Origin: Candidatus Uhrbacteria bacterium
GTDB lineage: Bacteria; Patescibacteriota; Patescibacteriia; JACQRZ01
DNA: 64,000 bases
Assembly: GCA_016206175.1 (NCBI GenBank)
Contig: JACQSB010000007.1
Span: 8,639 to 72,638, forward strand
Direction: 5' to 3'
Under the pieces are notes generated by a model. That model saw only the letters and a list, made by a program, of their open reading frames with translations. It did not search any database and was not told the origin of the DNA. Of this stretch, positions 46,540 to 56,701 are shown piece by piece. The stretch's first letter is position 1. Each line of letters opens with the position of its first letter. Both the position numbers and the translations under genes were made by a program.

Positions 46540-48369
46540 CTATTCCATTATAACGCGAATTCCCAAATCGCGTAACTGCTGTTGCTCCACTGTGCTGGGA
46601 GCCCCGACGGTTAAATCGCGGGCATCACCGGTCTTGGGAAACGCCATCACCTCACGGATATTCGGCTCATCAAGAAGGAGCATGAGAAAACGGTCAATAC
46701 CAAGCGCAAATCCTCCATGAGGCGGGGCACCATACTGAAACGCCTCCAGCATATGAATGAAGTCTTTCTGCTGTTCTTTTGAAAAACCAATGAGTTCGAA
46801 TATTTTCTGCTGCAGTTCCGGAACGTGGATACGGATGCTGCCCCCGGCTGTTTCATTTCCATTGAAAACAAAATCGTATTGCCACGATTTGACTTTCAAG
46901 GGGTCTGTGTCAAGGAGCGAAAGATCTTCCTTGCGTGGCATCGTAAACATATGATGCATCGGCACGGGATGGCGATTCACGTATTCCGGTTCAAACAATG
47001 GGAAATCGAGCGTAAAGGAAAATGCGAGAACGTTCGGATCGATCAGACCGAGTCGCCGTGCAAGATCAAGACGCACATGCGCAAGTGACTCTTCCACAAT
47101 GAGATGATGATCCGCACCAAAAAAAATGATATCCCCCGCCTTCACTTTACCCGTGTCGGCGCTCAGCGCTTGCACAATCCTGCGCGCACATTCATCGCCA
47201 AGAAATTTCACTATGGGAGAATCGAGTTCGCCGCCGTCTTTTACTTTGATATAGGCAAGTCCTTTTGCGTGATGGGTTTTGGCAAGTTCGGTTAACTCAT
47301 CAATATGCGAGCGCGAAAGAGTTTCTCCGGCACCGGGTGCGTTGAGCGCGCGTACCACACCACCTTTTGCGACCGCGTCAGCAAAGACAGAAAACCCGCA
47401 ATTGCGTACAAGCTCGGTAATATCGGTAATCTCAAGGCCGAATCGTAGATCTGGTTTATCTATCCCATAGCGCAGAACCGCCTCATCATACGATAATCGC
47501 GGAAATGGTTTAGACAAAATGCTCTTCGTGATGAACTTCTTCTCTTTGAAATATTCAACAAGAGACGTGGCCAAAACTTCGAGAAGATCAAGTACGTCAT
47601 CGCGCTCGACGAATGACATTTCTAAATCGAGTTGACTGAACTCTGCCTGACGATCACCACGGCTGTCTTCGTCACGCAAACATTTCGCGATCTGGAAATA
47701 ACGGTCAAGGCCGCCCACCATCAAAAGCTGTTTGTACTGCTGGGGTGACTGCGGCAAGGCATAAAATCTCCCTCGATGGACGCGGGAGGGTACGAGGTAA
47801 TCGCGCGCGCCTTCCGGAGTGCTCTTTGTCAGCAAGGGGGTTTCGACTTCGAGAAAACCGCGGTCCGCAAGAAAATTGCGGATGAAACGGATCGCTTCAT
47901 GCCGCGCTGTCATATTTCGTTTCATGCGCGGACGGCGCAGGTCGATGTAGCGGTACGTCATACGGCGCTCCTCGTTGACGTCTTGTTCCGCTTCAGCGGG
48001 AGATTCCACTTCAAACGGCGGGGTCTTTGCCGTGTTGAGAATTTTGATCTCGTGGACAATCACTTCAATCTCTCCTGTCGGCAAATGTTTGTTGATCATT
48101 TCTGCCGGCCGTTTACTCACTGCACCCTTCACTTGGATCACATATTCCGAACGCACAGAATCACCCACCGCAAAGGCTTCGGCATATTCTTCGGGACGAA
48201 AAACAATCTGGGTAATGCCATAACGGTCGCGAAGGTCAATAAAAATAAGTCCGCCATGATCGCGGCGCGATTGTACCCACCCGCTTAAGGTGACGGCAGC
48301 GCCAAGGTTGTGGGCGGTTAACTCATTGCAAGTATGCGTGCGCAACATAGGTTTGTATAAAAAACTCAT
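46540..48369 (-). CDS. aspS: Aspartate--tRNA ligase (probably non-discriminating, given gatCA)
   Basis: N-terminal OB fold, class II motifs 1-3 (FRNE..., GGSIRIH, GFALGIDR), GAD insertion. Confidence 0.9.
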   Translation of the reverse strand: MSFLYKPMLRTHTCNELTAHNLGAAVTLSGWVQSRRDHGGLIFIDLRDRYGITQIVFRPEEYAEAFAVGDSVRSEYVIQVKGAVSKRPAEMINKHLPTGEIEVIVHEIKILNTAKTPPFEVESPAEAEQDVNEERRMTYRYIDLRRPRMKRNMTARHEAIRFIRNFLADRGFLEVETPLLTKSTPEGARDYLVPSRVHRGRFYALPQSPQQYKQLLMVGGLDRYFQIAKCLRDEDSRGDRQAEFSQLDLEMSFVERDDVLDLLEVLATSLVEYFKEKKFITKSILSKPFPRLSYDEAVLRYGIDKPDLRFGLEITDITELVRNCGFSVFADAVAKGGVVRALNAPGAGETLSRSHIDELTELAKTHHAKGLAYIKVKDGGELDSPIVKFLGDECARRIVQALSADTGKVKAGDIIFFGADHHLIVEESLAHVRLDLARRLGLIDPNVLAFSFTLDFPLFEPEYVNRHPVPMHHMFTMPRKEDLSLLDTDPLKVKSWQYDFVFNGNETAGGSIRIHVPELQQKIFELIGFSKEQQKDFIHMLEAFQYGAPPHGGFALGIDRFLMLLLDEPNIREVMAFPKTGDARDLTVGAPSTVEQQQLRDLGIRVIME

Positions 48370-48426
48370 TACCTAAACAAAGTGTTGCACAGAAATGCTC
48401 TTTATGCAACCGTCCATAAAGAAAGA

Positions 48427-48447
48427 AGGCTCGCGAAGGGCGCGAGC
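48427..48447 (-). terminator. Rho-independent terminator candidate downstream of the lipoprotein gene
   Basis: 8-bp GC-rich stem GGCTCGCG/CGCGAGCC followed on the minus strand by TTCTTTCTTTAT. A second 7-bp hairpin is near 48469-48485. Coordinates are +/-1. Confidence 0.5.
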
Positions 48448-48489
48448 CAAAAGGACGACTGAAGAAGCGACGCTGCCTAGCAGCGTGAA

Positions 48490-49170
48490 TTATTGCAGGA
48501 TCACCGCGATATTCACGCTCTTGCCGGAGGCAAAGTCGACCGCGGGATCGATGGTGGCGCCGGCAAAACGGATGCCGGTGATGTCCATGTGTATCCGGAC
48601 GTCCACCGGAAGGTTCTGGAAATTTCGGACCTTGGCAGTCAGCATCGACGTTTCGTTTGCCTTGATCAACGATTCCACGTAGGGAACGAGCGGATAGAAA
48701 CTCTCGTAGATGACGTCAGTAGCCGGGATGGCGAAGATTACCTCGCCATTGACGTCAAACTCCACGTTCATGTTTACGCGGCTCGACCGGTCGAGCCGAT
48801 ACATGTACTCCGTGGTATAGACGTCATGGGTTGACTTGATCTCCCAGCGCCCCACGACGATCGGGTCGCCTTTCGACACCACGAATCCTTCCGGCGAATC
48901 CGCCGTCAGGTTGAACAAGAGCTTGAAAGGCGTTGGCGCCGCAGTTTTTGGGGAAGCAGTTGCTGCGGGCGATGGTGAGGAGTGATCCGTTGCCGTAGCG
49001 CACGGCGATGACGAGGTGACCGGCGCCGCAGGTGCTGCCGACTGAACGGAATCTATGATACTCCTCACGCCGGAGGTACTGATGTCAGCCTTGCAGCCGA
49101 CCGTAGCAACCAGCGCCGCGATGATGAAGGAACGTTTTCGGGTGAGCATTTTCTGCAATCCTCCTTTCAC
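48490..49170 (-). CDS. Lipoprotein, hypothetical
   Basis: GTG start, signal peptide with lipobox-like TVGC, Ser/Pro/Ala-rich linker. Confidence 0.5.
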   Translation of the reverse strand: MKGGLQKMLTRKRSFIIAALVATVGCKADISTSGVRSIIDSVQSAAPAAPVTSSSPCATATDHSSPSPAATASPKTAAPTPFKLLFNLTADSPEGFVVSKGDPIVVGRWEIKSTHDVYTTEYMYRLDRSSRVNMNVEFDVNGEVIFAIPATDVIYESFYPLVPYVESLIKANETSMLTAKVRNFQNLPVDVRIHMDITGIRFAGATIDPAVDFASGKSVNIAVILQ

Positions 49171-49220
49171 CCAAGTGATTGTGGAAGTATGGCAAAAAAA
49201 AAGAAAAAGTAAATGGCGTA

Positions 49221-49844
49221 CTACAATAACCCAATGAAATCCTGGGTGTTGAGACGACGCGGCAGAGTGTCAGAAAGAAAACGTTGGGTAGCTGTTTTCA
49301 TCCACCGCTGCGGCGGCGTCGAGCGAAGTTTGGCAAGTGATGATGCAGCAATCGCATCGAGAGTCTTTTGTGCTCCTTTGATATCTGGCCGATACCCAAG
49401 CAGTATGGAAAGTTTGAGCACAAAAAAATCTGTAAGCTGTTTTACTTCGCGAGTCTGTGAAGTATGAGGCAACTGTTCCAATTCAAAAAGGAAGTCGCGC
49501 ACCAATTCATACGTATGTTCATCGGCTGCGTCCCAATGAATCAGTGCCTGAATGATCTCCATCGCATACAGAGCAATGATCAGCTTCTGTATGTTGTCTT
49601 TTATCTTTGAAAAAGAGCTAATGATATCAACGCCGGCAATGCGATTATGCGTGCGGCCACGAGCTATCAAAAACGTTGCATGAGTCAAAAGCTCAAGACT
49701 GCCGCCCAGTTTGCTCGAGAGTTTTAATACGCCTTGCGCAAGCGTTTCGATCTTACCGTATTCTTTCGTATAAAGCACAAAAACACGGTCGTGTTCGCGC
49801 GACACTCGCTTATCGATAATGAATCCGGTCGCTTTGTAGGTCAT
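49221..49844 (-). CDS. recO: DNA repair protein RecO
   Basis: RecO OB-fold N-terminus (ATGFIIDKRVSREHDRVFVLYTKEYGKI) and a helical C-terminal domain. Confidence 0.7.
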   Translation of the reverse strand: MTYKATGFIIDKRVSREHDRVFVLYTKEYGKIETLAQGVLKLSSKLGGSLELLTHATFLIARGRTHNRIAGVDIISSFSKIKDNIQKLIIALYAMEIIQALIHWDAADEHTYELVRDFLFELEQLPHTSQTREVKQLTDFFVLKLSILLGYRPDIKGAQKTLDAIAASSLAKLRSTPPQRWMKTATQRFLSDTLPRRLNTQDFIGLL

Positions 49845-50251
49845 GGCGCAAGAGAATCGAGAAAAGACTGAAGAATAAGCATTGCTGCAATGGAATGATC
49901 ATCTTTTGTTCGAATGCTTGTCTCGCGAATGTGCCGTGCTGCTTGGGAAGATGTAAAACTTTCATCCTGTATTTTTACCGGCGTTGCCATGGCAGATTGA
50001 AGCGTATGCACGAATGTCTCTGTCTTTTCTCTCTGGATCTGCGCTGCATCATGCCTGCCAATCCGATACAGCGGCATGCCAACCACAAGAACATCAATAG
50101 ATTCTTCGCGGACGATTTTTTTGATCTCATCAACGAGATGGTCTGGAGTCAGATAGGTAATGGTATGCAAGGGGACGCCTACGCGCGTTTCGTCATCGCC
50201 AATCGCAAAGCCGACATGTCGGTCGCCATAATCAATGCCAAGATATCTCAT
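49841..50251 (-). CDS. ruvX: Holliday junction resolvase-like protein RuvX/YqgF
   Basis: RNase H-like motifs MRYLGIDYGDRHVGFAIGD and VVGMP. Confidence 0.85.
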   Translation of the reverse strand: MRYLGIDYGDRHVGFAIGDDETRVGVPLHTITYLTPDHLVDEIKKIVREESIDVLVVGMPLYRIGRHDAAQIQREKTETFVHTLQSAMATPVKIQDESFTSSQAARHIRETSIRTKDDHSIAAMLILQSFLDSLAP

Positions 50252-51024
50252 AACTCCGTTAAAATCTCTGCGCCATTTCGCTGCACAAGAATCGTATGTT
50301 CAAAATGCGCTGCCAACGAACCATCTGCTGTGCGGATCGTCCATCCATCGGGGTCCATCTTAACCTTCCACGTACCAACAGAAATCATCGGCTCAATGCA
50401 AATCGTCATTCCTTCTGTGAGTCGCGTGGCTGCGGCGCGCGGTTCATCGTAGTTAAAAATAGGAGGATCTTCATGCAGGTTCTTTCCTATGCCATGACCC
50501 GTAAGATCGCGTACAACTCCATACCCATGCGACTCACAATACTGCTGGACTACTTTGCCGATCGTACGGACTGCTACATCATGTCTAACAAACGAAATCG
50601 CTCTGGCAAGCGACTCTTTCGTCACTCTCATAAGACGCATGGCCGCATCAGAAATCCGTCCGGTTCCTATGGTAATCGCCATGTCAGTATAGAGCCCATT
50701 GTCCGCTGGATATGCCATCCCGATGTCAAACCCAACGATATCGCCGCTCTGCAGCACGCGATCCCGCGTACCAATGCCGTGCACCACTTCGTCATTAATC
50801 GAAATGCACAATGTTGCAGGATAGGGAAGCGTTTCCTTCGAGCCGCCATATCCTAAAAATGCAGGGATGCCCCCTGCATTTCGAATATATTCTTCTGCTC
50901 TGCTGTCCAAGTCACGCACATGAGTGCCAGGCTCGGCATACGGCACTATGTGCTGAAGCGCGGCGGCAAGGATTCTTCCGCCCTCACGCATGATTTCGAT
51001 TTCTTCTCTCGTTTTAGCTGTCAT
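50248..51024 (-). CDS. map: Methionine aminopeptidase type I
   Basis: Pita-bread metal ligands (D, D, H, E, E). Immediately downstream of secY. Confidence 0.9.
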   Translation of the reverse strand: MTAKTREEIEIMREGGRILAAALQHIVPYAEPGTHVRDLDSRAEEYIRNAGGIPAFLGYGGSKETLPYPATLCISINDEVVHGIGTRDRVLQSGDIVGFDIGMAYPADNGLYTDMAITIGTGRISDAAMRLMRVTKESLARAISFVRHDVAVRTIGKVVQQYCESHGYGVVRDLTGHGIGKNLHEDPPIFNYDEPRAAATRLTEGMTICIEPMISVGTWKVKMDPDGWTIRTADGSLAAHFEHTILVQRNGAEILTEL

Positions 51025-52298
51025 TACAGAAAATTCTCGTAGTCTCGCATCGTAAGCTGCGCGTCGATCTGTTTCATACTCTCAAGTACAACACTAACGA
51101 CGATAAGAAGGCTCGTGCCGCCGATCGCCAATGTGCGGATTTCCGTTAGCTGCTGGATGACAAGCGGCAAAACGGCAATCGCCCCCAGAAAAACTGCGGA
51201 TGGCAAGTTGATGCGCATGACAGTCGCCTGTAAAAAGTCCGCTGTCGCCTTGCCGGGACGGATGCCCGCCACAAAGCCGCCCTGTTTTTGTAAATTTTCC
51301 GCAATCTGGTCAGGCTTAAACACAACGGAAGTATAGAAATAGGTAAAACCAATCACGAGGAGAAAATACAAGATGCCGTAAAAGGTGCTATCGTTAAAAA
51401 ACGCAATTACTGCTTGCGCGCCTTGGGTAACCCATGCGCTGCGTGCGTTCACAAAAAACTGTGCGATCGTGGGTGGGAAGAGAATAACAGAAATTGCAAA
51501 GATAATAGGAATCACGCCTGCTTGATTGACGCGCAACGGCAAGTGCGTATCAACGCCGCCGATCATTCGCATACCGCGCACGCGGCGTGCGTACGTGACA
51601 GGAATGTTCCGCTGCCCCTCTGTCATATACACCACCACAACGATAGTAAGAAGAGCGACCGCAAGGAAAATAATCAGATTGACAAACTGCGATGCCTCCA
51701 AAAGTTGGATAGATTGCACTATGCTTGGAAGATTTGCCACGATGCCGGCAAAAATAAGAAGCGAAATGCCGTTGCCGATCTTCTTTTCTGAAATAAGCTC
51801 TCCGATCCACATAAGAAAAACAGTGCCGGCAGTCATCGTAATCAGCATTGCCGCAATCGACTCAACGGAAACGTCAGCAAGAATCGGCCGAGGAGACTGA
51901 CGAAGCAATAAAATCATGCCGTACCCTTGGATAACCGCAAGCGGAACTGTAAGGTAGCGGGTATACTGGTTAATTTTTTGACGGCCGTACTCCCCGTCTT
52001 TTTGCAGCGCCTCCAAGCGCGGAAGGATCATGACCAAGAGCTGAAAAATAATGGAAGAAGTGATATAGGGAGCAACGCCCATAGCTACAACAGAAAATCG
52101 CTCCAAACCGCCGCCGGAAAATATGTTCATCAATCCAAAAATCTGGTTGCCGGCAAAGAATTGCCGAAGATTTGCCGCGTCAACGCCGGGGATGGGCACA
52201 CTCGCAGCGAGACGGAATACAACGAGCATGCCAAGCACAAACAAAATGCGATTGCGCAGATCCGGCAATGACCAAATTTGGATACATTTTTTTAGCAT
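51024..52298 (-). CDS. secY: Preprotein translocase subunit SecY
   Basis: 10 TM segments and SecY signature regions. Confidence 0.9.
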   Translation of the reverse strand: MLKKCIQIWSLPDLRNRILFVLGMLVVFRLAASVPIPGVDAANLRQFFAGNQIFGLMNIFSGGGLERFSVVAMGVAPYITSSIIFQLLVMILPRLEALQKDGEYGRQKINQYTRYLTVPLAVIQGYGMILLLRQSPRPILADVSVESIAAMLITMTAGTVFLMWIGELISEKKIGNGISLLIFAGIVANLPSIVQSIQLLEASQFVNLIIFLAVALLTIVVVVYMTEGQRNIPVTYARRVRGMRMIGGVDTHLPLRVNQAGVIPIIFAISVILFPPTIAQFFVNARSAWVTQGAQAVIAFFNDSTFYGILYFLLVIGFTYFYTSVVFKPDQIAENLQKQGGFVAGIRPGKATADFLQATVMRINLPSAVFLGAIAVLPLVIQQLTEIRTLAIGGTSLLIVVSVVLESMKQIDAQLTMRDYENFL

Positions 52299-52303
52299 AA
52301 GCT

Positions 52304-52765
52304 TTACTTGATCGTGCCGCCTGCTTTTTCTATTTTAGCGCGCGCACTTTCTGATACGTCGCATCCTGCTATTGTCAACTTTTTTTTCAGTTCGCCCATT
52401 CCCAGAATCTTCACCTTTGGTTTTCTACCGTTTTGAGCACGAACAAGTCCGAGACGCGCAAGTGTGTCAGGGGAAACTGTTGCCCCGTTTTGAAATGATT
52501 TCTCAAGCAAGTCGACGTTGAGACAAGTTGCCTTCGCATGAATGCTTTGAAATCCTCGCAATTTTGGGATTTGGCGCATGATCGGCTGCAGCCCCTTGCG
52601 GCGCAAGCCGCTTTTACCGCCACTCCGAGCGCGTTGACCCTTGATGCCGCGAGTAGAATAAGCGCCATGCGCCGAACCAAGTCCGCGGCCGACCCGTTTT
52701 GCTTTTTTCCTTGAAGATGAAAACGGCTGTGCCGTATGAAGTGATAATGCCATAAGATGCTCCAT
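52304..52765 (-). CDS. rplO: 50S ribosomal protein L15
   Basis: Gly/Arg-rich uL15 N-terminus. Confidence 0.9.
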   Translation of the reverse strand: MEHLMALSLHTAQPFSSSRKKAKRVGRGLGSAHGAYSTRGIKGQRARSGGKSGLRRKGLQPIMRQIPKLRGFQSIHAKATCLNVDLLEKSFQNGATVSPDTLARLGLVRAQNGRKPKVKILGMGELKKKLTIAGCDVSESARAKIEKAGGTIK

Positions 52766-53355
52766 TAACTCTTCCCTTGCTGCTCTCCGCCTATTTCTGA
52801 CACTGATTGTTCCTTGGTTTTTGCCGGTTCGGATACACGTGGTTGATGTGCCGCAGGATAACGCTGCGAAGACACGATGAGGCGATCAAAAGCAGAAAAG
52901 AGAGCTTTAATATTATTCAGTTTATTCTTAGAGCCGTAAATCTTTGCAACGATATCATTGATGCCGGAAATCTCAAGCGCCGCACGGACTGCACCGCCAG
53001 CAACGATACCGGTACCCTTTGGAGCAGGTTTCAACAAAAGGCGAGCTGCCTTGAATTTAATCGGTATAGTGTGTGCAATGGTGCCGTCGCCTACGATCGG
53101 CAACTTACGCATGTTCTTCTTTGCATGGTTTACGGCTTTTGTCACCGCAAGCGTAACGTCTGCACCTTTCCCGGAACCATAACCGATCAAACCTCGGCGG
53201 TCACCGATAACAACGCAAGCGCGGAAGCGCATTCTCTTCCCGCCAGCCATCACGCGCGCAACTCGCGCAATATCAATGATCCGTTGCTCAAATTCGCGTT
53301 CCACAGCCGCGCGAGACTCTCTTCGAGGTTTTCGTTGTCTTTCTTTTTCGGACAT
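52765..53355 (-). CDS. rpsE: 30S ribosomal protein S5
   Basis: uS5 dsRBD and GYGSGKG motif. L15 follows directly, so there is no L30 gene. Confidence 0.9.
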   Translation of the reverse strand: MSEKERQRKPRRESRAAVEREFEQRIIDIARVARVMAGGKRMRFRACVVIGDRRGLIGYGSGKGADVTLAVTKAVNHAKKNMRKLPIVGDGTIAHTIPIKFKAARLLLKPAPKGTGIVAGGAVRAALEISGINDIVAKIYGSKNKLNNIKALFSAFDRLIVSSQRYPAAHQPRVSEPAKTKEQSVSEIGGEQQGKS

Positions 53356-53398
53356 AGTCTAGGGTTTAGGGTTCAGAGTTTAGGGATTAGCACTGTAG

Positions 53399-53755
53399 CT
53401 AGAATTGAAGCCCTCCTTCGCGAGCGCCTTCCGCCACTGCCTTGATGCGCCCGTGATATGCATTACCTCCCCGATCAAAAACTACGACTTTAATACCGAC
53501 CGCTCCGGCTTTATTCGCCAAAAGTTTTCCTAAAAGATGTGCTCGCTGGGTCTTCGTCTCTTTCTGATCTTTTTCGGAGAGTTCGCCTTCCTGCGCGCTG
53601 ACTAGAGTGCGTGCGGCCGTATCATCGATAAGTTGCAAGAAAAGACGTTTCGCTCCTCGAAACACGGAAAAACGCGGGATAGATGCCGTGCCAGATACTG
53701 AAGCGCGAATGCGTCTGCGGCGTAATGTTTTTCGGAATAATTTCGAACGTTTCAT
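53399..53755 (-). CDS. rplR: 50S ribosomal protein L18
   Basis: uL18 pattern (RLSVFRGAKRLF..., VVFDRGGNAYHGRIKA). Confidence 0.9.
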   Translation of the reverse strand: MKRSKLFRKTLRRRRIRASVSGTASIPRFSVFRGAKRLFLQLIDDTAARTLVSAQEGELSEKDQKETKTQRAHLLGKLLANKAGAVGIKVVVFDRGGNAYHGRIKAVAEGAREGGLQF

Positions 53756-53773
53756 AATACTAAGTTAGAAAAA

Positions 53774-54322
53774 TTACTTCGCGCCGGCTTTCGCAGCCTT
53801 ACCTGCTTTCTTGCGCACTACTTCACCGACATATCGGATGCCCTTTCCTTTGTAAGGTTCCGGCTTGCGGATCTTTCGGATCTGTGCGGCAATCTCGCCC
53901 ACCAATTCTTTATTGATACCGGTAAGCGTAACAACATTTTTCTCTACGGTTGCGCTGATACCTTCAGGCAATCGGAATTCAACCGGATGAGAAAACCCGA
54001 CATTGAGTGTGAGTGTGGATCCAGCAACGCTTGCGCGAAAACCTACGCCGTTTAACTCTAATTGTTTTTGTACCCCTTTCAGAACTCCTGTCACCATATT
54101 GGTCAATAAACGCTGTGACAAGCCCCAAAGCGAACGATGCAGTTTGATGGTCTCATCTTTGACGGACACTGTTGCAATGCCGTTATCTACTGCAACGGAT
54201 ACGGCGGGATGAAAGGTCCTCGTTAATTGTCCTTTTGGGCCTTTGACTGATACCGTGCGTGCATTGACTGCTACCTCGACGCCTGATGGTATCTGAACAG
54301 GTTGTTTTCCGATACGAGACAT
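53774..54322 (-). CDS. rplF: 50S ribosomal protein L6
   Basis: Two uL6 alpha/beta repeats. Confidence 0.9.
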   Translation of the reverse strand: MSRIGKQPVQIPSGVEVAVNARTVSVKGPKGQLTRTFHPAVSVAVDNGIATVSVKDETIKLHRSLWGLSQRLLTNMVTGVLKGVQKQLELNGVGFRASVAGSTLTLNVGFSHPVEFRLPEGISATVEKNVVTLTGINKELVGEIAAQIRKIRKPEPYKGKGIRYVGEVVRKKAGKAAKAGAK

Positions 54323-54329
54323 ATACTAG

Positions 54330-54722
54330 TTAGCTTATTTCGCAAAGCACTTCTCCTCCTAAGCGACGTTTGCGCGCTTCGCGATTTGTCATCACGCCAT
54401 GCGAAGTAGAGATGATGGCAATACCGAGATTATTCAATACGGTCGGGAGTTCCGTTGCTTTCGCATAGACACGGCAGCCGGGTTTGCTGATGCGGCGCAG
54501 TGAGTGGATAGCAGGAATCCGTGAATCAAGATATTTGAGAGAAATCATGATAGTCTGCTTCCCTGCATCGGAAGAAAGTTCAAAATCTGCGATGTATCCT
54601 TCCTGCTTCAAGAGAGAGACAATATCTCGTTTCACGCGGGAATACGGAAGCTGCACCATGCTTTTGCGCACCGCGAGAGCGTTTCTAATTCTTGTAAGAA
54701 GGTCTGCAATTTGGTCTGTCAT
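54330..54722 (-). CDS. rpsH: 30S ribosomal protein S8
   Basis: uS8 pattern (MTDQIADLLTRIRNA...). Confidence 0.9.
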   Translation of the reverse strand: MTDQIADLLTRIRNALAVRKSMVQLPYSRVKRDIVSLLKQEGYIADFELSSDAGKQTIMISLKYLDSRIPAIHSLRRISKPGCRVYAKATELPTVLNNLGIAIISTSHGVMTNREARKRRLGGEVLCEIS

Positions 54723-54739
54723 ACGCGAATAGTTAGTAT

Positions 54740-54934
54740 CTACCAGCTGCTCTTTGTCATACCGGGGATAGCGCCACGGCTTGCGAGCTCTCGAAAACAG
54801 ATGCGGCAGAGCTCAAACTTTCTCATAAACCCATGACGGCGACCACACCGCCAGCAGCGGCGAACAATCCGGGTAGAAAACTTTGCTTTATGCAAGGAAC
54901 GAGCTGATTTTACTTCTTGTGCAACAGTAGCCAT
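54740..54934 (-). CDS. rpsZ: 30S ribosomal protein S14 type Z (zinc-binding)
   Basis: 61-64 aa form with CxxC...CxxC. Confidence 0.9.
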   Translation of the reverse strand: MATVAQEVKSARSLHKAKFSTRIVRRCWRCGRRHGFMRKFELCRICFRELASRGAIPGMTKSSW

Positions 54935-54942
54935 AGGAATAG

Positions 54943-55500
54943 TTATTTTGCAATAGGTTTGGCGGTACGAAATGGAAATCCGAGAAGGGCAAAAAGACGC
55001 AGTCCTTCATCGCGCGAATGCGCCGATGTTCGAATAGACACCTCAAGGCCATGCACACGCTCGATCTCATCCGGACGTATCTCTGGAAAAGGAAGATTCT
55101 CGCGGAATCCGATCGTCACGTTGCCTTGCGCATCCACACATTTTGCGTCAATACCTCGAAAGTCACGAATACGGGGAAGCGCAAAGGTAAACAGCCGATC
55201 GAGAAAATCATACATCCGTTTCTTTCGCAATGTGACGGTAACGCCGACAACCTGACCTGCGCGCAGCTTAAACCCTGCGATGGATTTCTTTGCTTTTGTA
55301 CGTATCGGCTTCTGGCCGGTGATGCGCGTCAACGTCTGTTCAACTACCGCGACAAATTCCGGATCCTTCAAAAGTTTGCCCACGCCGACATTTACCGTGA
55401 CGCTCATAATACGAGGCACTTGAAAGGTGTTCGTGTAACCGAACTCTTTCTTTAACGCTGGTACTACTTCTTTTGTATATGTTGTTAGTGTTGGACCCAT
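54943..55500 (-). CDS. rplE: 50S ribosomal protein L5
   Basis: uL5 pattern ([15 protein letters not shown]...). Internal ATG 55500 chosen to avoid overlap with L24. Confidence 0.85.
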   Translation of the reverse strand: MGPTLTTYTKEVVPALKKEFGYTNTFQVPRIMSVTVNVGVGKLLKDPEFVAVVEQTLTRITGQKPIRTKAKKSIAGFKLRAGQVVGVTVTLRKKRMYDFLDRLFTFALPRIRDFRGIDAKCVDAQGNVTIGFRENLPFPEIRPDEIERVHGLEVSIRTSAHSRDEGLRLFALLGFPFRTAKPIAK

Positions 55501-55508
55501 ATTCGTCA

Positions 55509-55826
55509 CTAAATATTCTGTTTGCACTTTTTGCATACGCGCTGTTTTTCACGTACACCATTATTATCAGTAAAGGCGTATCCGGTTCGCACAGCCTTGC
55601 TGCAATTTTTGCAGACAACCATTACTTTTGCTGCTTGAATGCGGGCGGGTATGTATAATTTCTGCCCCTTTTCTCCTTGTTTGCGCGGCCGCACGTGTTT
55701 TACAACAAGATTCAGCCCTTCGACGATCAGGCGGCCTTCGACAGGAAACACTTTCAGAACAGCTCCTGACTTTCCTTTATCCTTGCCTGCAAGAATTTTT
55801 ACGGTATCACCTTTACGGACTTTCAT
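55509..55826 (-). CDS. rplX: 50S ribosomal protein L24 (C-terminal Cys4 variant)
   Basis: KOW motif [16 protein letters not shown]; C-terminal CKNC...CKKC. Confidence 0.85.
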   Translation of the reverse strand: MKVRKGDTVKILAGKDKGKSGAVLKVFPVEGRLIVEGLNLVVKHVRPRKQGEKGQKLYIPARIQAAKVMVVCKNCSKAVRTGYAFTDNNGVREKQRVCKKCKQNI

Positions 55827-55835
55827 ATGAAAACG

Positions 55836-56207
55836 TTATAGCACCTCCGGCGCCAATGAAATAATCTTAGAAAACCCTTTCGCTCGAAGTTCGCGGGCAA
55901 TCGGCCCAAAAATACGCGTCCCTTTCGGCTCTTTCGACTTTTTATCAATCAACACGATCGCGTTGTCGTCAAATCTGATATAGGTGCCATCGGGTCGGCG
56001 TGTCTCTTTGCGGGTGCGAACAAGAACGCCATGAGCTACTTCCCCTTTCTTCACGCTGCTGTGCGGCTGAGCTTCTTTGATTGCAACCGTGACGATATCG
56101 CCAATGCGAGCATAGCGTTTTTGATAACCACCAAGCACCCGGATGCACTGTATGCGCTTCGCGCCTGTGTTATCAGCTGATTGTAACATTGAACGATGTT
56201 GGATCAT
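55836..56207 (-). CDS. rplN: 50S ribosomal protein L14
   Basis: uL14 pattern ([17 protein letters not shown]...). Confidence 0.9.
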   Translation of the reverse strand: MIQHRSMLQSADNTGAKRIQCIRVLGGYQKRYARIGDIVTVAIKEAQPHSSVKKGEVAHGVLVRTRKETRRPDGTYIRFDDNAIVLIDKKSKEPKGTRIFGPIARELRAKGFSKIISLAPEVL

Positions 56208-56208
56208 A

Positions 56209-56484
56209 TTAGTTCTTTGGGGACTCAACTTTACCAATAATCGCAAAGCGCTTGCGGCGACTCAACGGACGTGTCTCGATACAGCGGACAACATCGCCAG
56301 TATGGTATTCATTCCGCTCATCATGCGCCAAATACCGCTTCGACACGGTGTAACGCTTTTTATATCTCGGATGGATCTTTGTGCGACTGACAACCACGAC
56401 GCGAGTCTTGTCTGCAACATCACGAGCAACGACTCCCTGAAGGGTCCGCCGCACTGTTTTTTTTGTTTTTGGTGTTTCAATCAT
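56209..56484 (-). CDS. rpsQ: 30S ribosomal protein S17
   Basis: uS17 OB fold ([18 protein letters not shown]...). Confidence 0.9.
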   Translation of the reverse strand: MIETPKTKKTVRRTLQGVVARDVADKTRVVVVSRTKIHPRYKKRYTVSKRYLAHDERNEYHTGDVVRCIETRPLSRRKRFAIIGKVESPKN

Positions 56485-56508
56485 ATAAGTATGGAAGGTG
56501 CCGAGGCA

Positions 56509-56700
56509 TTATGAAATTTTATCTGTGCGTAATAATGTCAGAATGCGTGCAATCGTTTTTTTTGTTTCGCGAATATCGCGCACATCTTTCAGTTGGCTCG
56601 CAGCCGCTTTCATGCGCAACGACACGAGGCTCTGCCGAGACTCCTGAAGGATCGACCGCAATTCATCTGCTGATTTTTCACGAAGTTCACGAAGTTTCAT
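56509..56700 (-). CDS. rpmC: 50S ribosomal protein L29
   Basis: 63-aa helical uL29 (MKLRELREKSADEL...). Confidence 0.85.
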   Translation of the reverse strand: MKLRELREKSADELRSILQESRQSLVSLRMKAAASQLKDVRDIRETKKTIARILTLLRTDKIS

Positions 56701-56701
56701 A

